Below, piece by piece: positions 45,915 to 57,900 of a stretch of DNA of 64,000 nucleotides; position 1 is the first letter of the stretch, and every line of letters starts with the position of its first letter. Location of the stretch: the NCBI GenBank assembly GCA_026770705.1, contig JANJGN010000385.1:248001-312000 (forward strand). Direction: 5' to 3'. This DNA is from Isurus oxyrinchus (Eukaryota). The position numbers were made by a program, and so were the translations under genes. The notes under the pieces were generated by a model. That model had not been told where the DNA came from and made no database searches. It was given only the letters and a program-made list of their open reading frames with translations.

Positions 45915-48900
45915 CTAGAGAACACACAGAAAGAAATCATCACTGACTCTCCGCTTTCAATCTCTCACTCTGGCTGAACAATCAAGCTTCATATCACTGC
46001 AACATTTGCTGTAATATTGACCCATCCACTGGGATTCAATGTGGAATGAATGTTTTCATTGTAAACACTCTAAGAGTGGACAATCGGAACTTTCCCCTTA
46101 GCGTGGAACATTGGTGAGAATGGATCATTGTGCTGTTGGACTCCCTGTCCAATGTTTCTCTCCATCGCTGTGTACAGGATTGTGCTGTAGAAAATTCTGG
46201 AAACGTTTAGTGCAGGGTGGAAATCCATCTCGGACGCGTGTGCAAATCAAGCAGGATCGAGATGGACTCCCCCATGAACTTACACCCCCCGCTTAATAAA
46301 CAGTTCCAATCTTTACCCAGAGAGAGGGGAGAATGTGGAACTCGCTCCCACTGGGAGTGGTCGAGGTGAACAGTATCGATGTATTTAAGGGGCAGGAGGG
46401 TCGGTAACCAGAGGGACACAGATTGATGAACCGGAGGGGGAGATGAGGAGAATTTGTTTTGACAGAGTGAGTTGTTGTGATCTGGAAGGTGCTGCCTGAA
46501 AGGGCAGTGGAAGCAGATTCAACAGGAACTTTCAAAAGGGAAATTGGATAAACACTTGAAGGAAGAAGATGGGGGCAAAGTGGAGTGGTGGTTAGTGGAT
46601 CTGATTGGATAGAACATTGAAAGACCTGGCACAGGCACAATGGGCTGAATGGCCTCCTCCTGTGCTGTATCATTCTCCGCTTCCATGATCTCTCCCCCAG
46701 TCAGTAACCACTCCAGATCCCTCTTGACGGTGACAGAGAAACAGCAACCACCACACCCACTGACAGCACATTCCCGAGGATCACTACTCTCTGGGAAAAG
46801 ATGAACTCCCCAACATCCAGCCTATTCCTGCTTCCTGGAGAGTGTAAACCCTTCCCAGAGCGCGGATGAACCTTTCAATAAACTGTATTATCAAATCTCC
46901 CGTTTGATATATGTTAATTTCGATGAACTTACACCATATGTAGTATGTTAATTTCGATGAACTTACACCATATGTAGCAAATTGTGAAGTGAAGTTGGCT
47001 GAAAAGCTGGGAGGTGCAAGCTTAAGCACCACAGTGCCACCACTGATGGGAGGATGTAAAGACAGTGTGACGTTTACATATGTTGCCCCCATTATAAACA
47101 GGGTCATTGGACATGATGGCAAAACTGAACACTGGAAAGGTGAGAAAAAGAAGTAAGCTCTTCACTAACAGGAAATCCCTTCCTAAACTTCCTTATCTCT
47201 CCCTTTCTCTCAGATACACAAAAAATTTGACACAGGGACTTATAAGGAGGAGTTAGGACAGGCAAGAGTTACGGATTAGGAAGCTTCTTAAAGGAGGAGA
47301 GAGATACACAGAGAGGTGGGGAGTATCAGTTGGAATCTTTGTGCATGTGAGTTTCTGGAATAGACTTTGTAATTTGGATATTCTTCGATAAATATGAATG
47401 GGAACACAAATCCCAGAATCCAGGAGAACTCTCCAGTGCAGTACTGAGGGAGGTCAGGTAACTCACAGGGAAGTGTGTACTACTGTGTTAGTGTGTGAGT
47501 GTGTCTTTCTGTGTGCTCATGAGTGTGGGATTGTGTGTGTGCATGCACTTTGGGTCTGTACATTTGTGAGTGCTTGTGTGTGTGTGCGTGGGAGAGCATC
47601 TGAGTATATGTGTTCGGAGATGAGAGAAATTTTAAAGTCTGTGTACACTCACATTCCACAGTAATGGTTAGGAACCCCTCCACTGCTCCATGTTCATTCT
47701 CTGCCACACACTGATATTCTCCAGTATCCCTGGATGTAACGTGAGGAATCACCAACCACAGCTCATTGTTGGAACTTGTTCTGTTCATTGGGACATTAAG
47801 ATGTCGCCACATCAGGTTAGAAGCTGGGAAGCTCTCGACAGAGCAGATTATCACTGTAGAATTCCCCTCAATTATATTGATCGATGAAGCGTTAATCATA
47901 TCTGGAGAAGTAATTGAGAGATTCCGTGGTGCGTCTAAAAACAAATACAGATCAGTTAACTTACACTGACTGTGAAGCACTTTGAAAGACACTGAGAATG
48001 TGAAAGGTGTGATGTCAATGTAGGTTCTTTCACCACATAGTCCGTAATCCAGGCAGACACTTCAGTTCAGTATTGAGGGCGTGCTGCACTGTCAGAGGGT
48101 CAGTACTAAGGGAGTGCTGCACTGTCAGAGAGTCAGTACTGAGGGAGTGCTGCACTGCCAGAGGTTCAGTGCTGAGGGAGTGCTGCACTGTCAGAGGGTC
48201 AGTCCTGAGGGAGTGCAGCACTGTAGGAGGGACAGTACTGTGGGAGTGCTGCACTGTAGGAGGGTTACTGCTGAGGTAAAACTGCACAGTCAGAGCGTCA
48301 GTTCTGATTGACCAGTGCAATGTTGGAGGAGCACTACTGAGGGATCATTATACTATTAGAGAGACAGTAATGAGGGAGTGCTGCACTGTAGAAGGGTCAG
48401 TGCTGAGGAGGCAAACACGCTGTTATGTGTGTACTATAGGCCTCCTGTGATAATGTGGAGTGCCAGGTACCTTTAAGAGAATACAAGTGGATAAACCATG
48501 TGACAGTACTGACCAATCACTGGACAGTGTGGGCCACTGGTTAACTGTAAGTCTAGAGCTGGAGGTGGCTGTGGGAGCAGGCAAGGATTTAGTGCTCTGC
48601 CCTCTGTTACAATAAATAATCAGCTTGTTCTAATGTCGGTCTCTCTTGGTTATTGATAGCGAGCATCAGCTAAGAATAACTCAACAGGTCTGGCAGCATC
48701 GGGGGAGAAGAAAAGAGTTGATGTTTCGAGTCCTCATGACCCTTTGACAGAACTGAGGTCATGAGGACTCGAAACGTCAACACTTTTCTTCTCCGCCGAT
48801 GCTGCCAGACCTGCTGAGTTTTTCCAGGTAATTCTGTTTTTGTTTTGGATTTCCAGCATCCGCAGTTTTTTTGTTTTTATCAACTAACAAGTGTATGTGA

Positions 48901-51900
48901 AGGAGTGCAATTCGAATTTAATCAACCAGTGAACTCATAGACTCAAGATATAAAACCAACAAACAGTCAGGGAGAGATGGACAATCCAACATGTGATCAC
49001 ATTTCAGAGATGTGTAAGAATAACAAAGCAGTAATACTCAGGGATTTTAGCTACCCAAATATTAACTGGGACAGCTTTAGTGAGCAAGGTAGGGAGGGAG
49101 AAAAATTCTGAAGTTGCATCCAGGAGAAGATTTTTAGCCTGTGCATAGAAAGCTCAACAAGGGAGGGGACAGTTCTGGACCTAATATATGGAAAAGCGCC
49201 GGGGAAGTTGGAAAGCGTATCAGTAGGGGAGATAGTGACTGGAACTCAATTGGATTTAGGACAGTTATGGAGAAGGATAAGTTTGTGCTGGGAATAAAAA
49301 TTCTAAACTGGGGAAAGGCTAATTTTACTAAGATGAGATATGATTGGGCCCAAGTGGACTGGGAGAAGCTCTTTGCAGATAAAACTGTGTCAGAGCAGTG
49401 GGAGGCATTCAAGGAGGGAATAGCGAGAGTACAGAGCAGATATCTTCCTGCAAAGACAAAGAGGGAGACCAAGTCTGGAGAACCCTGGAAGACAAGGAAC
49501 ATAAAGGTTTGGATTGAGAAAAAAGAGAAGCTTATGGCAGATACTGAGGGCTCAATACAGCAGAGTCCCTAGAGGAGTATAAATAGTGCAGAGGGGAACT
49601 GAAAAAGGACATTAGGAAAGATAAGAGAGTGCATGAGAAAGCACTGGTGGGTAGAATAAAGCAAAACCCAGAGGGGTTTTTTAAATATGTAAAGAGCAGG
49701 AGAATAACTCGGGAAAGAGTGGGGCTGATTAGGGACCATCGAGGTAATGTGTGTGTGGACCTGGAAGACGTGGGTACAGTCCTCAATGAATACTTTGCAT
49801 CAGTCTTCGCAATGGAAAAGGATGATGCAGGTATAACATCAGGGTGGAGGACAGTGAAATATGAGAGGAAATTAACACAGAGAGAGGAGGTACTAGTGGG
49901 TTTAGCGGCCTGAAAAGTGGATAAATCCACAAGCCCAGATGAGATGAATCCAAAGCTGTTGAGGGAGGCAAGGGAAGAGATATCAGGGGCCCTGGCAGTA
50001 ATTTTCAAATCCTCTCTGGCCACAGGTGAGGTGCCAGAGGACTGCAGGATGGCTAATGTTGTCCCATTATTAAAAAAGGGAGGAAGGGACAGATCAGGAA
50101 ATTACAGGCCAGTCAGTCTAACCTCGGTGGTGGGGAAGTTACTAGTAAGAATTCTGAAGGACAGAATGAATCTGCACTGGGAGAGACAAGGATTAATCTG
50201 GGATATTCAGCACGGATTTGTTAAGGGAAGGTCATGTTTGACAAACCTGATCAAATCTTTTGAGGAGGTAACCAGGAGTGTTGATGAGAGTAATGCCTTT
50301 GATGTGGTCGACATGGGCTGAGGAAGGCTTTTGATAAGGTGCCTCTTGGCAGAGAGGCCAAGAAAGTAAGAGCCCATGGGATCCAAGGCAAAGTGGCACG
50401 TTGGATCCAATATTGGCTGAGGCAGGAAGCAGAGGGTGATGGTGGAGGGATGTTTCTGTGACTGGATGTCTGTTTCCAGTGGGGTTCCACAGGGCTCAGT
50501 GCTGGGGCACTTGCTGTTTGTGGTGTATATAAATGAATTGGACGTAAATATAGGGGGAATGATCACGACGCAAATGGACTTCAACCTGGAAAAGTGTGAG
50601 GTGATGCACTTGGGGAGGGAGTTGCTGACCAGAATGGACATGATGGGCTAAATGGCCTCCTTCTGTCCTGTAAGTGTCTATGAGTCTATGAGTCCATGAT
50701 GCACTGTCGGAGAGTCAGTAGTAAGGATGTACTGCCTGTCAGGGGTCACTTTTTCCCAGTTAAACACCAATGGTTTGTTTATAAACAAAGTGCAGGATGT
50801 GGGAGCTTGCTGTGCACATTTGATACTATTCCAGCTAATGTAGAATGAAGGGTGTTTGTACTTACCTTGCACAGTTAGTACGAGGGTCCGCTCCGATGAA
50901 ACAGATGGATATCTCACTCTGCAGCTGAGAGTGTGTCCGTGGTGTTTGAGTGATGGGATCAGGGTCAGAACAGAAGTATAGGTCAGAGTGACACCATGCT
51001 GAGTTACAGAGTTTGAGACTGATCCAGGTACGTCAGTGGGAGTGTCCCAGGTTAAGACAGGCGCTGCTGTTCCATTGCACGTTGTGTTGAAGGTGCAGCT
51101 TACATCCACACGCTTTCCTGCAATAATTTCAGCAGGGAATATCGTGGGTTTATCTGTGAAATCTAACAGACAGAGAATGGATCCTTTTAGAGAAATATAA
51201 CGTGAAGCATCAGTTCAAATAGAAACCACAGTCCCACATGAGAAAGCACTTTTACAAGGATGATATCAGAACTGAGAGGTTACAATGATCATTAAAGAAT
51301 TGTCTATTTTTACACTTGTTGAATCTCTGTCACTCAGATTAATACACTCTCACTCAGTGACCCTTGATTTGACCAGACTGGGTGAGGGTGGAGGAACAGC
51401 TCACAGCTCGGGGAGAGCAGACTCAGCATTTGGAAAAGAATATAGAGACACTGGAGAGGGTGGTAAAAAGCTTCACAAGGATGATCTCAGCAATGTGAGG
51501 CTTTACCTATCAGGAGAGGATGTACAGGCTGGGACTCTGTTCTCTTGAACAGAGAAGGTTGAAGGGTGACATCATTTGACCTTTGAAGTAGTGAAAGGTT
51601 TTGATCGAGTAGACATGGAGAGAGTGTTTCCACTCCTCACAATGAACAAAACCAGAGGCTGACAATATAACATCCTCACTAATAAATCCAATGGGGAATT
51701 CAGGAGGAACTTCTTTACCCAGAGAGTGGGGAGAATGTGTGCTTCAAGAATCACTTCATTGGCTGTGAATCGATTTAGGATCATCCTGAGGTATTGAAAG
51801 GCGCTATGGAAATGCGAGAATTGCTTTTGTATTTTGAAAGCAGGTTTCCAAGGATGAGATGGGAACTGAGAGGTAACAACAATCAGCAGCAACTTTCCTA

Positions 51901-54900
51901 TTTTCAAACTTGGTGGGGAACGTGTCACTGAGCTGAATACACTTTCACTCCCAGACCCTTGAATTGCCAACACTGGGGTGTGGGTGATGGAGCAGCCCAC
52001 AGCTCATGGAACCCTGGCTCATCATTCTCTCAGAGATCTGGGTCACTGATCCCATTGCTCTCTGTGGGATCTTCCTGTGCACAAACTCACTGCCACGTTA
52101 GACAGTGACTATACTTCAAGAATTTCTTCATTTTCTGTGAAATGATTTGAAATTTGCTGAGGTGGTGTAAGGCGCTATAGGAATGCACATCCTTCTTTTG
52201 TCAAATTGTTAGACATTTAAAAAGCATTAGGTAGACTGATGGGAGTGGATAACCTGATAACATTGATGGACACAGTCAATACATTTAATCATTGACATTA
52301 AAGTGAGTATTAGAGGTTGCTTTAGGACTGAACTGGAAGCTATCACCAGGTTATTGAGAATCAGACAGTGTGTTATAATAAGCTGTGTTTTGTGTTAATG
52401 TGTAAACGTCACAGTTTGTGTTATTTCCCATTGAGTGTTGGATGTGAATTGTTGAGTAATTATAACACAGCACTTACCAGAAACGTGAAGCTGGGTTACA
52501 GGGTAATAGTTATGGCTCGGACCATTGTCAAATTCTATCCTGAAAAAATAAGGTCCTGCATCTTCCCGTCTGATGTTGTTTATAATCAGGGAACAGTCGC
52601 CATCTTTCAGGTCTCCAGACAGCCGGGTCCGATGGTGGAACCGTGGTAACTCGTGACTGTGATCCTTGTAGTGAAAGGCAATGGGAGCCCAGGGAATCTG
52701 TTCCTCATTATTAAACCAGACTCCACCTCGCGGTTGGTTTTCCAGACACGATGGATTACTGTAATGACATGGAATCTGTACACACGAACCTTCCTGAGCT
52801 GTCACCTCTCGTGGAGTGTCACCTTTCCACTCTTGTGAGGGTTCAGCTGGGGAGAGAAATCTCAATATTTATCTCTGGATGGTTTGTGGATCCACTAGAC
52901 TCAAAATTTACAGATGTGGCTGAATTGGGGGGATGGTCAATACTGAGGAGAATGGCAACAAATTATATTGTCAGGAAGAATAGAAAAACAGGATATAATT
53001 TAAATGGAGACAGGCTGCAGAATGCAGTACAGAGGGATCTGGGTGTCCTTGTACATGAATCACAGAAAGTCAGCATTCAGGAAAACCATGGAATGAGGAA
53101 GGCAAGTGGAATGTTGGCCTTTATTGCAAAGGGATGGAGTATAAAAGGAGGGAAGTCTTGCAACAGCTGCACAGGGCGTTAGTGAGATTGTAACACGAAC
53201 ATTGTGTACAGGCAGTTCAGAGAAGCTTCACTGGGCTGATTCCTGGGATTAAAGGGTTTGTCCTGTGAGGAAATGTTGAGCAGGTTGGGCCTGTATCCAT
53301 TGGAGTTTAGAAGAATGAGGGGTGACCTTATTGAAACATATCCGATTCCGAGGGGGCTTGACAGGGTGGATGCTGGGAGGATGTTTCCCCCTCGTGGGGG
53401 AATCTAGAACCAGGGAGCACAGTTTCGGAATGAGGACTCTCCCATTTAAGACTGAGATGAGGAGGAATTTCCTCTCTCAGAGGGGCGCTAGCCTGTGGAA
53501 TTCTCTTCCCCAGAGAGCAGTGGAGGCTGGGCCATTGAATAGACTCAAGGCTGAGTGAGGCAGGTTTTTGATCGACAAGGGAGTCAAGGGTTTGGGGGAC
53601 AGGCAGGAAAATGGAGTTAAGGCCACAACCAGATCAGTGAGGGCTGGCTCGAGGGGCCGAATGGCCTGCTCCTGTTCCTATTTCTTATGTTCCTACATTC
53701 TTACCTTCTTAAAATATTAAAGCTGCAGAATAAACATGCAAGTGAATGACCCGCTCGACCCACCTTCCATCTGGGGGTCCCATGGGGAGGACCCTTCCTG
53801 AGCCAGATCCACCAGCCAACATGGTCTGGATCCGAGCACAGGAGACACTGGGGGGAGTGACTAACAGGCTCCTTGTGACAGGCCCCGTCTGTCCAATGGC
53901 TAGCTTTCAGCTGCCAAGGCCAGAGTGGTCCTTGCTAAAACCGGCTCAGGACAGGCCAGGACCCCTGTGCAGACCCCCTCCAGCGCTGCAGCCTCTGTAC
54001 AAACCCCTCATGCGCTTGTGGAGAGACACAAACAAGGCTTCACATTACCGAGGAGAATCCCCTCTACGGACTAAGGTGCTGACTCATCACCCTAAACTCG
54101 GCAAATGAGGAGGCTCTCGCTCGGTATCGGGGCTTGGCATTCGCTCAATAAAAATAATCAAATGACATTTTGGTCAGAAATCTAAGGAGGTTGTACATTC
54201 CCTCAAAAATAAGACTCAAGCTGGGGTTGAGGGTCAAAGGGCAACAACTTATATTTTCACAACAACGTTAACATGACAAATCACCCCAAGGTGCTACACA
54301 GGAGCGTCATAAAACAAAGTATGTCACCCAGACACATGTGGAGATATTAGCGACAGCTGGCCAGAAGAGGTCGGTGTTATGGAGAATCTTCAAAGAGGGA
54401 TGAAATGGATAGTGAGAGAGAGAGAGTGGGAGTGAGGGATGGAGAAGGCTTGAGGGAGGGTATTACGGAGCTCGGTCCCCAGGCAGCTGAAGGCATGGCC
54501 ACCGATGTTAGAGTGTTGAGATCGGGGGATGGTCAAGAGGCTGGAATTGGAGGAGCGCAGAGACCTCTGAAGGTTGGTGGGTCTGGAGGAGGTTACAGAG
54601 ATAGGGAGGGTTGCAGGGGCTGAAGGAGGTTACAGAGATAGCGAGGTTTGTAGTGATTGGAGGAGTTATAGCGATAGGGAGGTTTGTAGGGGCTGGAAAA
54701 GTTAAGAGAGATTGGGAGAGTGTAGGGTCTGGAGGAGTTTGCAGAGGTTGGGAGGGTTGTAGTGACTGGGGCAGGTTACAGAGGCATGGCAGGTTGTCGG
54801 AACTGGAGCAGGCTACAGAGATAGGGAAGCTTTTAAGGGCATGAGGAAGTTACAGAAATAGGGAGGTTTGTAGTGGCTGGAGGATGTTGCAGAGATTGGT

Positions 54901-57900
54901 AGGTTTGTAGGGCAGGATGAATTTACAGATATAGGGAAGCGGTAGAGGCTTGACGAGGTTACAGAGATAGGGAGGGTTGTAGGTACTGGAGGAGGACGAG
55001 GAGATTACAGGGATAATGAGGAAACAAAGATGAAAATTTGGACATTGAGACTTTGCTTGACCAGGAGCCAGTCTCGGTCATCGAGCAGAGCGGGTGATAA
55101 GGGAATGGGACTTGGTGTGAGTAAGGACGTGGTCAGCAGTTTTCGATGGCCTCAAGTTTATGCAGTGCAGAGCGTGTGTTGGAACAGTCGAGTCTGGAGG
55201 TAATGAAGGCGTGGATGAGGGTTTCAGCAGCAGATGAGCTGAGACAGGGTGACGTCGTGAGATTTTACGCAGGTGGAAATAGATGGTGTTAGTGAGGGCG
55301 CAGATATGAGGCCGGAAGCTCATCTCAGGATCAAATGGGACAACAAAGCTGTGAACAGATTGGCTTCAATCTCAGAGAGCTGCCAGGGAGAGGAATGGAG
55401 TTGGTAGCGAGGGAACAGAGTTTGGAGTGGGGAATGAAGACAATGGCTTCAGTCTTTCCAATATTTAATTGGAGGGAATTTCTGCCCATCCAGTACTGGA
55501 TGTCGGATACAAAAACAGAATTACCCGGAAAAACTCAGCAGATCTGGCAGCATCGGCGGAGAAGAAAAGAGTTGACGTTTCGACTCCTCATGACCCTTCG
55601 ACAGAACTTGAGTTCGAGTCCAAGAAAGAGTTGAAATATAAGCTGGTTTAAGATGCGTGTGTGTGGGGCGGAGAGTGGGAGAGAGAGAAGTGGAGGGGTC
55701 TGTGGTTGTAGGGACAAACAAGCAGTGATAGAAGCAGATCATCAAAAGATGTCAACAACAATAGAACAAAAGAACACATAGGTGTTAAAGTTGGTGATAT
55801 TATCTAAATGAATAATATTTATTCTTCGGCTCATCTGACGCCTCAACAAGAAACTTTTTCTCTTTTTCGTTTAGATAATATCACCAACTTTAACACCTAT
55901 GTGTTCTTTTATTCTATTGTTGTTGACATCTTTTGATGATCTGCTTCTATCACTGCTTGTTTGTCCCTACAACCACACCACCCCCCCTCCACTTCTCTCT
56001 CTCTCTCTCTCTCTCCCCCCACCTCCACACACACAGCTTAAACCAGCTTATATTTCAACTCTTTATTGGACTCGAACTCAAGTTCTGTCGAAGGGTCATG
56101 AGGACTCGAAACATGAACTCTTTTCTTCTCCGCCGATGCTGCCAGACCTGCTCAGTTGTTCCAGGAAATTCTGTTTTTGTTTTGGATTTCCAGCATCCGC
56201 AGTTTTTGTGTTTTTATCTCTGGATGTCGGATAAGCAGCCTGATAATTTAGCAGCAGTGGAGGAGTCGAGAGAGGTGGTGGTGAGGTCGAGCTGGGGATC
56301 CTCAGTGGACAGGTGAAAACTAACACTGTTCAGATGATGCTGCAAAGCCATTGCAAGTGATTCTCTGGCTACGATGAGATGGATAAGAATGGAGCCAGGG
56401 GAAAGCAGTCCCACCCAGCTGGACAACAGTGGAGAGGTGTTGGAGGAGGATGGTGTGGTCGAGCGTGTCAAAGGCTGCAGACAGATCGAGAAGGACGAGG
56501 AGGGAAAGTTGACCTTTGTCACAGTCAAACAGGATGCCATTTGTGACCTTGATAAGAGCTGTTTCAGCACAGTGGCTGGGGTGGGAACCTGATTGGAGGG
56601 ATTCAAACATCGAGTTCCGGGAAAGATGGGAACGGATTCGGGAGATGGAAACACGTTCAAGGACTTTGGAGGTGAAAGAGAGGCTGGAGATGGGACGGGG
56701 GTTTACACGGACAGTGTGAGGGGTGGAAGGTGTAGTGGGGAGGAGACACTTCACTCAGGGGGGAGGTGTCATCACCCCTCAGCTCGGTTTACGTTACAGC
56801 TATGATGTGGATTCAGTCACACACAATAAGCTCATGGATCTGGGAGCAGAAATAGACAAATCATTAAAAATAGTGACGCTGGTTAACACGGCCAAAAAAC
56901 AACCAAATCAGACACTATTATTTCCCATTGAGTGTTGGATGTGAATTGTTGAGTAATTATAACAAAGCATTTACCAGAAACGTGAAGCTGGGTTTCAGGA
57001 CGGTCGTTGTATCTATTCCTGCTGTCAAAATCTGTTCTGAATAAATAATATCCTGCATCTTCCCGTCTGATGTTGTTTATAATCAGGGAACTGTCGCCAT
57101 CTTTCAGGTCTCCAGACAGCCGGGTCCGATGGTGGAACCGTGGAAACTCACGATTATGATCCTTGGAGTGAAAGGCTATAGACCGTTCATTCCATGTTTC
57201 CCAATTCCTTCTCATATACCAGATTCCGACTGGTGATCTCGCTACTAAATATGATGGATAACTGTACTTACATGGAATCTGTACACACGAACCTTCCTGC
57301 GCTGTCACCTCTCGTGGAGTGTCGCCTTTCCACACTTGTGATAGTCCAACTAGGGAGAGAAATATCAATATTTAACTCTGAATGTTTTCTCAATCCACTA
57401 GACTCAATATCCACTCCCTCGATCACTGGGACACAGTGGCTGCAGACTGGATAATCCACAGGTCACACAATGAATGCCCCAAGGTTTCACGACAGATCGA
57501 AGAGTATCCTGGACACAGGAGTGGACAAGTTCATTCTACATTGGCTCATGGCCCTCAGGAACCTGTTTAGTGAAGTCAGTCTGCCACCCAACACAGTGTC
57601 TACAAGACGCACTGATTGAAGTGAGTTCACTGCTGATTTACAACGTAGGACAATGGATTAGGAGCCTTCAGAATTCCCCCATTATCACCATCATGAATCA
57701 TGAATTGGCCTAGCTGTCCGATATCCTCAATGTCTAAGGCAGTGGTTCCTATTGTGATGAAAGTATAATAATTTTCATAATATTTTATAGTATATTGTGA
57801 AGTAGGTTTATGGGGGTACGCATGATGGGTCTGCATGTGATTTAAGTACATTTGGAGTTAATTAGATTGGAAGTTTAAAATGATCAAAAGGAGCTAGGTG

